From: an uncultured Acidobacteriota bacterium
Lineage (GTDB): Bacteria > Acidobacteriota > UBA6911
Direction of reading: 5' to 3'
Assembly: GCA_963843575.1 (NCBI GenBank)
Contig: CAWJKZ010000014.1
Coordinates: 352,001 to 416,000, forward strand
Length of the DNA stretch: 64,000 nt
The position numbers were made by a program, and so were the translations under genes. Under the pieces are notes generated by a model that searched no databases, was not told the origin of the DNA, and saw only the letters and a program-made list of their open reading frames with translations. Shown in pieces: positions 50,768 to 61,517 of the stretch; within the stretch, counting starts at the first letter, position 1, and each line of letters starts with the position of its first letter.

Positions 50768-51768
50768 TGCGCGAACAACTGCTGTCGATCATCGATGGTT
50801 TCCACGAGTCAGGGCCGCGGTGGTGGGCGACCTGATCGCCGACGAGTTTCTCTACGGCGAGATCTCGCGTATATCGCGCGAGGCCCCGGTGCTGGTCGTG
50901 CAGTACAACGAGCTGGTGCGCGTTCCGGGCGGAGCCGGCAATGCCGCCAACAATCTTCTCGAACTGGGGTGGCCGCGTCTCCATCATCGGCGCTGTCGGC
51001 CGCGACGAAGCGGGGCGGGAACTCGCTGCCCAGCTGAAGTCCAAGGGCGCCGACACGTCCGACCTCCGCGGGTGGCGGTCCTATCGCACGCCGGTAAAGA
51101 CACGCATTCTGGCTGGCGCGCATCACTCCGCGCCCCAGCAGATCGTGCGCGTGGACCGTATCGGTCAACTCGACGATTGGTGCGTCCCGGAAAACCGTCG
51201 CGGCCGCGCTGGCCGAGAGCGACGCGTCGTCGTGAGCGACTACGGCTGCGGGACAGTCTCCGATGCCCTCCTCGGCCAGGTGCGCCGGGAGGCGCTGCGA
51301 CGCCGCATCCCGATCCTCGTCGACTCGCGCTTCCGCATGTCGGAGTTCGAACGGGTCACCGCCATCACACCGAACATCACCGAGCTGGAGGCCGCGACCG
51401 GGACCTCGATCGGAAGCGACACTCCCCTCCTGCACAAGGTTGGACGGGCCGTGCTCAACAGGCAGAATCTCGGCTGCCTTCTGGTCACCCAGGGGCGCTT
51501 CGGCATGACGCTCTTCGAGCGCCGCAGGCCTCCGCTCCACATCCCGATTTACGGGAGCGACGAGGTCGCCGACGTCACGGGCGCGGGTGACACCGTGATC
51601 GCCGTCTTCGCGCTTGCGCTCGCCTCCGGCGCCTCTCCCTGCGACGCCGCGCGCCTCGCCAACTACGCCGGGGGCATCGTGGTGATGAAGCGAGGGACGG
51701 CCACGCTTGAATCGGGACGAGCTCCGGTCCGCAGTCAACCGCGACCTGCCCTGAGCGCCGGCCCATGA
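50764..51768 (+). CDS. Heptose-7-phosphate kinase HldA/RfaE1 (several indels)
   Basis: [69 protein letters not shown]. Confidence 0.88.
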
Positions 51769-52253
51769 ATCCCTCCGACAAGATCAAAACGCCGCGCGAG
51801 CTGGTCCCGATCGTCCGGCGCGCCCAATCCTCCGGCCGGAGGGTCGTGTTCGCCAACGGCTGCTTCGACCTACTGCACGTCGGCCACGTGCGCTACCTCG
51901 AGGGGGCCAAGTCCCTCGGCGACCTCCTGCTGGTGGCGATCAACAGCGATGCGTCCGTGCGCGGTCTGAAGGGTGAGGGGCGTCCCCTCCAGCCTCAGAA
52001 CGACCGCGCGGAGATGATCGCCTCGATGGAGGCAGTGGACTACGTCACCATCTTCGATTCGCCGACCGTCGAGCCGCTGCTGATCGAGATCCGACCCGAC
52101 GTGCACGCCAAAGGAACCGACTACACGCGCGAAACCGTTCCCGAACGCGAGACGGTCCGCGCTTACGGCGGCCACGTGGAGATCGTCGGAGATCCCAAGG
52201 GCCACTCGACCCGCGATCTGATCCGGAGTATCCTTCTCAAGTTCGGCTCATGA
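51765..52253 (+). CDS. Heptose-1-phosphate adenylyltransferase HldC/RfaE2
   Basis: FANGCFDLLHVGHVRYL, AINSDASV..LKG..RP, KGTDY. Confidence 0.93.
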   Translation: MNPSDKIKTPRELVPIVRRAQSSGRRVVFANGCFDLLHVGHVRYLEGAKSLGDLLLVAINSDASVRGLKGEGRPLQPQNDRAEMIASMEAVDYVTIFDSPTVEPLLIEIRPDVHAKGTDYTRETVPERETVRAYGGHVEIVGDPKGHSTRDLIRSILLKFGS

Positions 52254-53318
52254 CAGCACCGCGCGCGATCCTCATTGTCCGGCTCAGCTCTCTCGGGGAC
52301 ATCCTGCACACCCTCCCCGCGTTTCAGAGTCTGCGTGACACCTTCCCGCACGCCCGCATCGACTGGCTGGTCGAGCAAAGGGTCCGCTTCCTGCTCGACG
52401 CCGTCACGGGAATCGACCGCATCCATGCCGTCGACACCCATTCCCTGAAGACCCGTCCCTGGCATCCGGGCGCGTGGGGCCGGCTGTGCTCGGTGGTCCG
52501 CGCCTTGCGCGAGCGTCGCTACGACATCGCCCTGGACTTCCAGGGATTGATCAAGACGGGCCTGCTGACCGCAGCCTCGGGCGCAAGGCTCCGCGTGGGT
52601 TTCACCCGGGAACTCGTGCGCGAGCGTCCCGCCCACCACTTCTACAACCGCCGGGCCGGGAATGGCAAGCCGGCCCATGTGACCACGCTGAACCGCAGAC
52701 TCGCCGAGGCTGCCGGCGCCGCACCCGGCCAGGCCCGGGTCGAGCTGCACATCTCAAAGCTGGACCGCGATTATGTCGAAGGAACGCTTCGGCAGGAGCA
52801 ACTTCGGGATTTCGTCGTCATCAATCCAGGGGGGGGCTGGCCCACCAAGCGGTGGAGCCCGCGAAGGTACGGGGAGCTTGCCGCGCTCATTCACACGGGC
52901 ATGGGGTTGCGCGCCGTCGTAACAACCGGGCCCGGGGAGGACGAATTGTTCGAAGCAATCGCGGCGCAGGCCTCGCAGGCCCGGCCCTTTCACGCCCGCT
53001 TTTCCTTCCTTCAGCTGGTGCCGCTGCTCGAGAGGGCGCGCTTGATGGTGGCGGGAGACACGGGACCGTTCCATCTTGCCTGCCTGGTCGGCACCCCGGT
53101 CGTCGCCATCCTCGGCCCGACTTCCCCACTGCGCAACGGTCCATGGTCCACCTCGGACAGCTCGGTCGTTGCGCCAGCTCACCTGCAGCTTCTGCCACCT
53201 GCGCTGCTGCCCCACCCAAAACGAGTGCATGGACATTTCGGTGGACGAGGTTTTTCGCGCCGTCGACCTGCGCCTGAAGCGATTGCCGGGCCCGGAGCGC
53301 GAAGGTGGTGCGGCGTGA
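52250..53318 (+). CDS. waaC: LPS heptosyltransferase I-like GT9 (indel near 53170)
   Basis: IVRLSSLGDILHTLP, LDFQGLIKT, PTKRW, GDTGPFHLA, GPT.P.RNGP. Confidence 0.85.
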
Positions 53319-54143
53319 AGAGACTGGCGCTTCCGGCAGCATTCCTGGTTGCCCTCTGCTCCATCGCCCGCCCGGCCGGGCCTGCCGAGCCAACCCGGGA
53401 GGCCGCCCATCTCGCGTCTTTCGACGTCGCGGAAAAGACCGTCTACCACGTCGAGTGGAACCCGCCGTGGTACCTCTTCTTCCTCCCGCAGATGGAGGCG
53501 GGCGAGGCCGAACTCAGCGTGGCGAGGCGAGGTCGATCCCCAGGGCAGAAAGGTCCTGCAGATCGTATTCCAGGCGCGCTCGAGCGGCACGCTGGTCAGA
53601 CTCGCCGGGATGAAGATCGATGATCGGTTCGAGTTCCTGACCGACCCTGACACGTTGTGCACCATGAAGGTCAGCAAGAAGATCCTGGAAGGCAAGCGGC
53701 GCCGGAGCATCGACGTCGAGTACCTCCCCGACACCAACCAGCTCCACATGGTGGAAACGGACCTGGCGGTCGCGCCCCCCAAGGTGAAACGCGACATGGT
53801 GAAGGACGACGTCCCGAAGTGCGTCAGGGACCTGTTCTCCGCTCTGTTTTACGTCAGGAGGCTGGAGTTCTACCCTGGGGCCGCTCACAAGTCGCTCGTC
53901 GGCGACGACGACAAGTTCAAGGAGGTGATGTCGCGCGTCGAGAAGAGCGAAACGGTCGTCACCCCGAGCGGGACCTACGCTACCTGGCGTGTCGACACGG
54001 TCGCCCTTGTCGGCGGGTTGTTCAAAGAAGGGGGCCAGTTCAGGCTCTGGCTCACGGCTGACGAAAAGAAACTCCCCGTGCAGTTCGAAGCGAAGGTTAA
54101 TATCGGAACGGTGACCGGGAAGCTGAAGTCGGCGGAGTTCTGA
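53315..54143 (+). CDS. DUF3108-like secreted protein (indel near 53520)
   Basis: Signal-peptide-like N-terminus; E...Y.V.W....AG.A.L; DLFSALFYVR; E.V.TPSG.Y; LWLTADEKKLPV. Confidence 0.7.
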
Positions 54144-54149
54144 ACGGAG

Positions 54150-54534
54150 GCTTGCCGGAGCCGTCCATAAGCCGAATCCTGTGTCCCTGCGTGAAGCAGG
54201 GCGGCAATCATTCATCTGGTCCCCGGATCGCTCCGGGGTTCAAGCGGTCTACCCAAAAGCGTCGGACGAGCCGCCCTTAATCCCTTTCGGGATGCGCTTT
54301 TCTATTTGACCTTGCTCCGTGTGGGGTTTGCCCTGCCGCCCCTGTTACCAGTGGCGCGGTGCGCTCTTACCGCACCTTTTCACCCTTACCCCGCGAACGG
54401 GGCGGTATGTTTTCTGTGGCACTTTCCGTAGGGTCGCCCCTCCCTCGCGTTACGAGGCACACTGCCCTGTGGAGTTCGGACTTTCCTCGGCCCGGAGAAG
54501 CTGGGCCGCGATTGCCTGTCCGACTCCGGCAAGC
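54150..54534 (-). ncRNA. rnpB: RNase P RNA (type A)
   Basis: Minus strand GAGGAAAGTCCG, GGAAAGTGCCACAGAAA, GGTGAAAAGGTGCGGTAAGAGCGCACC, GGCAAACCCC..GGAGCAAG, AGATGAATG, ACAGGATTCGGCTTAT; P1 helix GCTTGCCGGAG/CTCCGGCAAGC. Confidence 0.97.
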
Positions 54535-54539
54535 ACTTC

Positions 54540-54568
54540 ATGATACATCTCCGCTCGAAGCAGGGCAA
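54540..54568 (-). promoter_or_regulatory. Putative rnpB promoter
   Basis: TTGCCC-17 nt-TATCAT just upstream of the RNA 5' end. Confidence 0.6.
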
Positions 54569-54573
54569 CGGCA

Positions 54574-55626
54574 TCAGACCTGTTTGGCCTTGGTGTCGCC
54601 GGCAGGAGGCGCGGCCGCAGCAGGCTTCCGCAGCCCGAGCATCTCGCGCACCTTGACGTCGAGCGCAGCCGAGACGTCCTTGTGCTCGCGCAGGAAGAGC
54701 TTGGCGTTTTCGCGGCCCTGGCCGAGCCGCTCGCCCTTGTACGAGAACCAGGCCCCGCTCTTTTCGATGAGCTTCTTGTCCACGGCCAGGTCGACAAGGT
54801 CCCCCTCGTAAGAGATCCCCTGATTGTACAGGATGTCGAACTCTGCTTCACGAAACGGCGGTGCCAGCTTGTTCTTGACGACCTTGACCCGCGTGCGGTT
54901 GCCCACGACCGCGTCGCCCTCCTTGATCGACCCGATCCGCCGGATATCGACACGGATGGACGAGTAGAACTTCAGCGCCCGGCCGCCGGTGGTCGTCTCG
55001 GGATTGCCGAACATGACCCCGATCTTTTCCCGGATCTGATTGATGAACACCAGGCAGGTGTTCGACTTCGACACGATCGCGGTCAGCTTGCGGAGCGCCT
55101 GGGACATGAGGCGCGCCTGAAGACCCGGGAGCGAGTCGCCCATTTCGCCCTCCAGTTCGGCCTTGGGCACCAGGGCCGCCACCGAGTCGACCACCAGGAT
55201 GTCGATCGCGCCGCTGCGCACCAGGACCTCGGCGATCTCCAGGGCCTGTTCTCCGCTGTCGGGCTGGGACACCAGCAATTCGTCGGTGTTCACCCCGAGC
55301 ATCTTGGCGTACTTGGCGTCCATGGCGTGCTCGGCGTCTATGAAGGCGGCGGCACCCCCGTCGGCCTGGGCATGGGCAATGGCGTGGAGGGCGAGCGTGG
55401 TCTTGCCGCTGGACTCGGGGCCGTAGATCTCCACCACGCGCCCTTTAGGGAACCCCCCCACTCCCAGAGCCGCATCGAGCGATATCGAACCCGTCGAGAT
55501 CGCCTGGAAACCGACCGGCTCGGGACGGTCCCCCAACCGCATAATGGAGCCCTTGCCGAACTGCTTTTCGATCTGGGTCAAGGCGACGTCGATCGCCTTG
55601 TTCTTGCTCATCCGGTCATCTGACAT
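54574..55626 (-). CDS. recA: Recombinase A
   Basis: [59 protein letters not shown]. Confidence 0.99.
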   Translation of the reverse strand: MSDDRMSKNKAIDVALTQIEKQFGKGSIMRLGDRPEPVGFQAISTGSISLDAALGVGGFPKGRVVEIYGPESSGKTTLALHAIAHAQADGGAAAFIDAEHAMDAKYAKMLGVNTDELLVSQPDSGEQALEIAEVLVRSGAIDILVVDSVAALVPKAELEGEMGDSLPGLQARLMSQALRKLTAIVSKSNTCLVFINQIREKIGVMFGNPETTTGGRALKFYSSIRVDIRRIGSIKEGDAVVGNRTRVKVVKNKLAPPFREAEFDILYNQGISYEGDLVDLAVDKKLIEKSGAWFSYKGERLGQGRENAKLFLREHKDVSAALDVKVREMLGLRKPAAAAPPAGDTKAKQV

Positions 55627-56536
55627 CGGTTTTTCCTTCCATTGTGCGGTAATCGTAGAACCCGCGCCCCGTTTTCCTGCCCAGTCGCCCCGCGTTCACC
55701 ATTCGGACCAGGAGGGGGCACGGCCGGTATTTCGGGTCGCCCAGTCCCTCGTGCAGAACCCGCATGATGCTCAGGCACACATCCAGCCCGATGAAATCGG
55801 CCAAAGTCAGGGGCCCCATCGGGTGGTTCATACCCAGCTTCATCACAGTGTCGATCGCGTCCCGGTCCGCAACACCCTCCATCAGCGCAAACACCGCCTC
55901 GTTGATCATCGGCATCAGAATCCGGTTGGCAACGAACCCAGGGTAGTCCTGCACTTCGACGGCCGTCTTGCCAAGATCGGAAGCGATCTCCAGCACCCGT
56001 CGGGCGGTGTCCTCCGAGGTGGCGAGCCCGCGGATGACCTCGACGAGCTTCATGACCGGGACGGGGTTCATGAAGTGCATCCCGATGCAGCGGTCAGCCC
56101 GGGTGGTTGCGGTCCCGAGCCGGGTGATCGAAATGGACGACGTGTTGCTGGCCAGTATCGTTTGACTCGGGCACAGCCTGTCCAACTCCCGGAAGACGCC
56201 GGTCTTGAGCTCCAGGTCCTCGTTCACGGCCTCGATCACGACGCCATACGCGGCCAGGCCGCCGAGGCCAACGGCCGGGACAATCCGGGCCAGGATCTCC
56301 GCCTGCGCGCCTTCCCCGAGAACGCCCTGGGCAACCAATCGGGCCACGCTGCTGCCGATACCGTCCACAGCACGGTCCAGCAGGTCCTGCCGCACGTCGC
56401 ACAGGTGCACGCGGTATCCCGCCTGCGCAAACACCTGGGCGATGCCGCTCCCCATGGTCCCGGAGCCCACGACCCCTATCGCTCCCCGCTCCGAAGCCCC
56501 CAATCCCGCCTCCAGTTTCGATCCCGACACGCCCAC
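55616..56536 (-). CDS. hbd: 3-hydroxybutyryl-CoA / 3-hydroxyacyl-CoA dehydrogenase
   Basis: [65 protein letters not shown]. Confidence 0.92.
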   Translation of the reverse strand: MGVSGSKLEAGLGASERGAIGVVGSGTMGSGIAQVFAQAGYRVHLCDVRQDLLDRAVDGIGSSVARLVAQGVLGEGAQAEILARIVPAVGLGGLAAYGVVIEAVNEDLELKTGVFRELDRLCPSQTILASNTSSISITRLGTATTRADRCIGMHFMNPVPVMKLVEVIRGLATSEDTARRVLEIASDLGKTAVEVQDYPGFVANRILMPMINEAVFALMEGVADRDAIDTVMKLGMNHPMGPLTLADFIGLDVCLSIMRVLHEGLGDPKYRPCPLLVRMVNAGRLGRKTGRGFYDYRTMEGKTDVR

Positions 56537-56840
56537 AGCCCGCTTATCTTGTTAAACTGCCACCGCGAGGAATTGAGCCGGGAATTGTGTTGCGCCGCGA
56601 GCGCAGGCTCGGCACGCCGCTAAAACACGCGGCCACGAGAACTGATTGAGTCGAAGGTGCTTAAGTTCCCGGACCGCACCGGCACGGCTGCCTGCGAGTC
56701 CCGCGCTCATCCTACCACGGCAGGATCGCCTCGGCGCGCGCAATCTGCCGCAACCGGAAATGCGGGCTGTGAACGGATGTTGCATTGCCGCACCGCACTC
56801 TCTACAATTTACGGTCCCACACTGCAGAAAGGAGAAGGCA

Positions 56841-57653
56841 TTGGAGAGCACAAGCACGGCGGCACAGAATTGGGCCTTGATTCTCGGAGCTTCGAGCGGT
56901 TTTGGCGCCGCCACGGCCTGCGCGCTTGCCCGCAGCGGGTTTCACATTATCGGCGTGCACCTCGACCGCAGGGCGACTCTTGCGGCCGCCGAGCGGATCG
57001 TCGAACAGGTCCGGGCCGAGGGACGCAAGGCGCTCTTTTTTAACGTCAACGCCGCCGACGCGGAGCGCCGCGCCGAAGTGGTGCGGGCGGCAGGCCGGGA
57101 GCTTGCCGCCACCCCGGGATCCCGTGGCGTGGGCACGTTCGTGCACTCCCTGGCCTTCGGCACCCTCAAACCCTACATCGCGCGCGACGGCGATTCGGCC
57201 ATCAAGCCGGCCGACATGAACATGACCGTCGACGTGATGGCGCACAGTCTCGTCTACTGGGTCCAAGACCTGTTCGCTGCGGGACTGCTCCTATCCGGAT
57301 CCAGGATTTTCGCGATGACGAGCGCCGGGGGACACCGGGTCTGGCCATCCTACGGCGCCGTCTCGGCCGCCAAGGCCGCGCTGGAATCCCACATTCGACA
57401 GCTTGCCTTCGAGCTCGCTCCCTACGGCATCAGCGCCAACGCCCTGCGCGCGGGGGTCACCGAAACCCCGGCGGCCCGAAAAATACCCGGAAACGAGCGC
57501 ATGTTCGCGCGCGCGCTCGAGGCCAACCCCGGGGGCCGGCTCACGACCACGGAAGACGTCGCCGAGGTGATCGTGTCGCTCAGCCTCTCCCGTGGCACGT
57601 GGCTCACGGGCAACGTGATCGGGGTGGACGGGGCGGAGGACCTCGCGGGCTGA
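56841..57653 (+). CDS. SDR oxidoreductase, FabL/FabI-like enoyl-ACP reductase
   Basis: TTG start with RBS AAGGAG; LGASSGFG, YGAVSAAKAALES (YxxxxxxK), GVTETPA, NPGGRLTT.EDVA. Confidence 0.8.
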   Translation: MESTSTAAQNWALILGASSGFGAATACALARSGFHIIGVHLDRRATLAAAERIVEQVRAEGRKALFFNVNAADAERRAEVVRAAGRELAATPGSRGVGTFVHSLAFGTLKPYIARDGDSAIKPADMNMTVDVMAHSLVYWVQDLFAAGLLLSGSRIFAMTSAGGHRVWPSYGAVSAAKAALESHIRQLAFELAPYGISANALRAGVTETPAARKIPGNERMFARALEANPGGRLTTTEDVAEVIVSLSLSRGTWLTGNVIGVDGAEDLAG

Positions 57654-57707
57654 TGCGGGGACCGGCTGGGTCCGGACGGCGGCATGCGATCGGCGCCGTG
57701 TTCTCCA

Positions 57708-57736
57708 TTGACTCCCGGGCGCCGGGCTGTTAGCAT
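57708..57736 (+). promoter_or_regulatory. rpmB promoter
   Basis: TTGACT-17 nt-TAGCAT with extended -10 TGn; RBS AGGAG downstream. Confidence 0.65.
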
Positions 57737-57761
57737 TTAAGTTTTTTGACAGGAGTGTGCC

Positions 57762-57953
57762 ATGCCCCGGCAGTGTTACGTCTGCGAGAAGACGCCCGTT
57801 TTCGGTCGCACTGTCTCGCACGCCCACAACGTCAGCCCGCGCAAGTTCAACCCCAACCTTCAAAGCGTCCGGATCCTGGAAAACGGTTCGGTGAAGCGGG
57901 TTCGCGTCTGCACGCGATGCCTGCGGTCGGGAAAGGTGCAGAAGGCCGTCTAA
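57762..57953 (+). CDS. rpmB: 50S ribosomal protein L28 (Cys-containing form)
   Basis: CYVCEK.P.FG..VSHAHN...RKFNPNLQ...VCTRCLRSG. Confidence 0.96.
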   Translation: MPRQCYVCEKTPVFGRTVSHAHNVSPRKFNPNLQSVRILENGSVKRVRVCTRCLRSGKVQKAV

Positions 57954-58327
57954 GCCAGCGCCACGGCCTCGATCTCGACCATCACCTCCCTGGGCAGACG
58001 GGCGACCTGAACCGTTGCCCGCGCCGGCCTGGTGGCGCCGAGATATTCTGCGTACACCCGGTTCATCTCGGGGAAATCGTCCAGGTTTTTCAGAAAGACA
58101 GACGTTTTCACGATCCTGTTCAACCCGCTCCCGGCCGCATCGAGAATCGCAGCCAGGTTTCTCATGACCTGGTGAGTCTGCGCCGCGATGCCTCCCGGAA
58201 CGACGGCGCCCGTCGCCGGATCAATCGGGATCTGGCCGGACACGAAGACGAACCCGTTGGCGCGCACCGCCTGCGCGTACGGCCCGATCGGCATGGGCGC
58301 GCGATCCGTTTCGATCTCCTCCTGCAT
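57950..58327 (-). CDS. RidA/YjgF enamine deaminase
   Basis: AP.PIGPYAQA, VSGQIP.DP, MN.VY..Y....PAR..V.V..LP....VEIEA. Confidence 0.93.
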   Translation of the reverse strand: MQEEIETDRAPMPIGPYAQAVRANGFVFVSGQIPIDPATGAVVPGGIAAQTHQVMRNLAAILDAAGSGLNRIVKTSVFLKNLDDFPEMNRVYAEYLGATRPARATVQVARLPREVMVEIEAVALA

Positions 58328-58379
58328 ACGGTTCCTCCATACACGCGCCGCTGATGGCGGCGAGGCAGCACGGCGCATC

Positions 58380-60539
58380 CTAGGGTATCTTGCTGACGCG
58401 CTCCACGTCCCTGATCCCGCGGATGGCCTTCAGAACCTGCACCACCTTCTGCAGGTGGCGCACGTCGTTGATCTCGACCGTCAGCTCCACGGTCCCGTTT
58501 CCCCCGTCGGTCGACGAGCGGGATTCCCGAATGTTGGTTTTCAGGTTAGAAATCGCCGAAGTGATGTCGGCGAGTATACCCTGCCGGTCCTCGACGGCAA
58601 TCGAAAGCCGGACGTTGAACAGTTCCTCTCCCGAATCGGTCACCCACTCGACGTCCGTCATGCGGTCGGACCCCAGGAAACTCACGAGGTTGGGACAACC
58701 GGTCGTGTGAACCGAGATGCCCTTGCCCCGGGTGATGTATCCCACGATCTCGTCTCCGCGGATCGGGTTGCAGCACTTGGCCCGGTAGACGAGGAGCCCG
58801 TCCTGACCTTTGACGACGATTGGGGTCTCCCCCGGTCGCCGCAGCACCTTGTTGACGACGGTGGCGATTGTCGACGGTTTCGCCTTGGCTTCGCTGGGCG
58901 CCAGATCGGGGTAGAGGGCGCTGAGAATCTGCCGGGGAGCGATCCTGCCGAAGCCTACCTCGGGGTAGAGATCCTCGACGCGCTGGAGTCCCTGGTCTGC
59001 CAGGATGCGGGGCAGGTCGGGCTGGTCCATGGCTTTCTTCCAGCTCGTCTTATACTTCCGCGCCTCCTTTTCCATGAGCTTGCGCCCAAGTTCGGAGGCA
59101 TCCTCTCCTTCCCTTTGGTTGATCCAGTGTTTTATCTTGCTGCGCGCCCGGGCCGTCGAGACAAACGACAGCCAGTCGCGGCTCGGGCCGGAATCCTTCG
59201 ATGTGAGCACCTCGACAATCTCGCCGTTCTTCAGCTTCTGCCGGAGCGGGACGATCCTGCCGTTGACCTTGGCGCCGACGCAGTGGTGCCCCACCTCGGT
59301 GTGAATCGAATAGGCGAAATCCACCGGGGTCGCGTCGCGCGGCAGCGTGATGACCTCTCCCATGGGCGTAAAGCAATACACCTCGTCGGGGTAGAGGTCC
59401 ACTTTGAGGTTGCTGAGGAATTCGCGTGGATCGCTGATTTCGCTCTGGGAGTCGATGAGCTGGCGCAGCCACCTGAACTGTTCCTCTCCTTCGACAACCC
59501 CCAGCTTACCCTCCTTGTACTTCCAGTGGGCGGCGATCCCTTCCTCGGCGATGCGGTGCATCTCCTGGGTGCGAATCTGGATTTCAAACGGTTGCCCGTT
59601 CTTGCCGATCACGGACGTGTGCAGCGACTGGTAGAGGTTCGGTCTGGGGATGGCAATGTAGTCCTTTATGCGCCCCGGCACCGGCTTCCACAGGTTGTGC
59701 AGGATGCCGAGCACGGTGTAGCAGTTCTTGACCGTGTCGGTGATCACCCGGATCGCAAAGAGGTCGAACACCTCGTCTATGCCGATCTTCTGGCGCCTCA
59801 TCTTGTTATAGACGCCGTAGATCCTTTTGATGCGGCTCTCGAGGCGCGCGGGAATGCGATGCTCGGCGAGCTCGCTTTCGATGACCCGCATGGTCTCGTC
59901 GATGAAGTCCTTGCTCACGGCGCGCCGAGCGTCGATGAGCGCCACGGTGCTCTGGTAGGCTGCGGGGTCAAGGAAACCGAAGGCCAAGTCTTCGAGTTCC
60001 CCGCGGATTTTCGCCATGCCGAGCCGGTGTGCCAGCGGGGCGTACACCTCGAGGGTCTCGAGCGAGATTCGTTCGCGCCGGTCCGGGGACAGATACTGGA
60101 GGGTTCGCATGTTGTGGAGCCGGTCGGCCAGCTTGACGAACAGGATCCGGATGTCGCCCACCATCGCCAGCAGCATCTTGCGGAAGTTTTCGGCCTGCTT
60201 CTGGTGGCGTGAGGTGAAATGAACCTGCGAGATCTTGGTGACGCCGTCGACGATCTGGTAGACCTGCTCGCCGAACTGTTTTTTGAGTTCGTCGGGCGAC
60301 ATGAGGGTGTCTTCGAGCACGTCGTGGAGCAGACCGGCCGTCACCGTCACGACGTCCAACTTTATTTCGGCCAGGATGTTGGCGACTTCGAGGGGGTGCG
60401 TGAGGTAGGGCTCGCCGTTCATGCGCACCTGCCCCTTGTGGTACTTGGCGGAAACCACGTACCCGCGCCGGATCAGCTCGATCGGCGCATCGGGATGGTA
60501 GCGCAGCACTCGTTCTGCGAGGTCCTCATAACGGATCAT
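58380..60539 (-). CDS. rel: Bifunctional (p)ppGpp synthetase/hydrolase (long RSH)
   Basis: GEPYLTHP, LLHDVLEDT, KLADRLHNMRT, KDYIA.P..N.YQSLHT, EIQIRT, GIAAHWKYK, TGS, CC.PI.GD, ACT. Confidence 0.96.
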   Translation of the reverse strand: MIRYEDLAERVLRYHPDAPIELIRRGYVVSAKYHKGQVRMNGEPYLTHPLEVANILAEIKLDVVTVTAGLLHDVLEDTLMSPDELKKQFGEQVYQIVDGVTKISQVHFTSRHQKQAENFRKMLLAMVGDIRILFVKLADRLHNMRTLQYLSPDRRERISLETLEVYAPLAHRLGMAKIRGELEDLAFGFLDPAAYQSTVALIDARRAVSKDFIDETMRVIESELAEHRIPARLESRIKRIYGVYNKMRRQKIGIDEVFDLFAIRVITDTVKNCYTVLGILHNLWKPVPGRIKDYIAIPRPNLYQSLHTSVIGKNGQPFEIQIRTQEMHRIAEEGIAAHWKYKEGKLGVVEGEEQFRWLRQLIDSQSEISDPREFLSNLKVDLYPDEVYCFTPMGEVITLPRDATPVDFAYSIHTEVGHHCVGAKVNGRIVPLRQKLKNGEIVEVLTSKDSGPSRDWLSFVSTARARSKIKHWINQREGEDASELGRKLMEKEARKYKTSWKKAMDQPDLPRILADQGLQRVEDLYPEVGFGRIAPRQILSALYPDLAPSEAKAKPSTIATVVNKVLRRPGETPIVVKGQDGLLVYRAKCCNPIRGDEIVGYITRGKGISVHTTGCPNLVSFLGSDRMTDVEWVTDSGEELFNVRLSIAVEDRQGILADITSAISNLKTNIRESRSSTDGGNGTVELTVEINDVRHLQKVVQVLKAIRGIRDVERVSKIP

Positions 60540-60637
60540 GGCGCCTGTTCGTACAGTTTACCATTATAGAGGAAAACGCCCCGACCATTAAGGCCCGAGC
60601 CTGATGCCGGCAGGGCGGAAGGGGCGGCGCCAAATGC

Positions 60638-60662
60638 AAAGGGGGGCCGAAATGGGCCCCCC
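60638..60662 (-). terminator. Putative intrinsic terminator after the TonB/TPR operon
   Basis: Minus strand GGGGGGCC-CATTTC-GGCCCCCC followed by TTTGCATTT. Confidence 0.6.
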
Positions 60663-60686
60663 CTGAAGCGGCTGAAAGCGGCGGGA

Positions 60687-61475
60687 TTACTTGCCAAGTT
60701 TCTTTGGTTTCTTTGCCTCTTCCTCCTGCGCCTTCAGGCGAAGCGCGAGCGACTTCTGGGCCACCATGTCGGCCTTCCGGATCAGCTCGTTTTTCGCTTT
60801 GTCGTCCTTCTCGAACTTCGCCTTTTCTCTCCACAGCAGATTCTGGTACTCCATCGCGTCGAAGTAGTCCGGCCGGATCTGGATCGCCTTGTCCAGAACC
60901 TGGAGTCCTTCGTCGATGTCGTTCAGAGTGTGCGTTTTTTCCTCGGCGTTTAGGAATTCCACGTTTTCGCCCTGCAGGCCGGTCTTCTTGAGGGAATCGT
61001 CGAAGTTGATCACCGCGATGCGGTATAGCGCTTCCGCGTTCTGCGGGTCGATCTCCTGGATCTTCCGGCACCACTCCTTGGATTCGTCGTATCTTTTCAG
61101 CTGATAGTACAGGCTGGCGATGCTGAGCATCGCGTTGATGTTGGGAGTGGGACTGGATTTGTCGCTCTCGATGACGTCCTTGAACGTAGCGATGGCCTTC
61201 TCCGCCATCTCGTTGCTCTTGGGATCAGGAGAGCCCGGCACAAACTGAGAGGTGTAGGTGGTCGCCAGGTACATGCGCGCAACCTGGAATGTGGGATCCA
61301 GCCGTATGGATTCCTCGAAGAATTTCGCGGCTTCGTCGTATTTCTGTTCTGTAAAAGCTTTCACGCCTTTATTCAAGCTGTCGCGCGCCCGCAGCTTGGT
61401 CACGAAGCCGCAGCCTGACAGGGGCAGAGCCGCAATGATCACCAAAACGGCCAGCCACTTAGCATTGACCTTCAT
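60687..61475 (-). CDS. TPR-repeat lipoprotein
   Basis: Lipobox-like LSGC after a hydrophobic stretch; TPR-like helices (YDEAAKFFEESIRLDP, DPQNAEALY, IRPDYFDAM). Confidence 0.8.
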   Translation of the reverse strand: MKVNAKWLAVLVIIAALPLSGCGFVTKLRARDSLNKGVKAFTEQKYDEAAKFFEESIRLDPTFQVARMYLATTYTSQFVPGSPDPKSNEMAEKAIATFKDVIESDKSSPTPNINAMLSIASLYYQLKRYDESKEWCRKIQEIDPQNAEALYRIAVINFDDSLKKTGLQGENVEFLNAEEKTHTLNDIDEGLQVLDKAIQIRPDYFDAMEYQNLLWREKAKFEKDDKAKNELIRKADMVAQKSLALRLKAQEEEAKKPKKLGK

Positions 61476-61517
61476 TATGGCCTCCAAACAAATTAATTGA
61501 CTGCGCGAGCGAGCACA

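Noticed and set aside
1-53600. Frameshifts in kamA, GNAT, ATP-grasp 2, msbA, ptsI, lnt, nfeD, leuA, gmhB, hldA, waaC and the DUF3108-like gene as pseudogenisation or recoding
   Set aside because: They are 1-nt indels, often in short homopolymers, they hit conserved or essential genes without in-frame stops, and they cluster (e.g. 50.3-51.7 kb). This is the pattern of long-read consensus error. Only prfB has a recoding signal.
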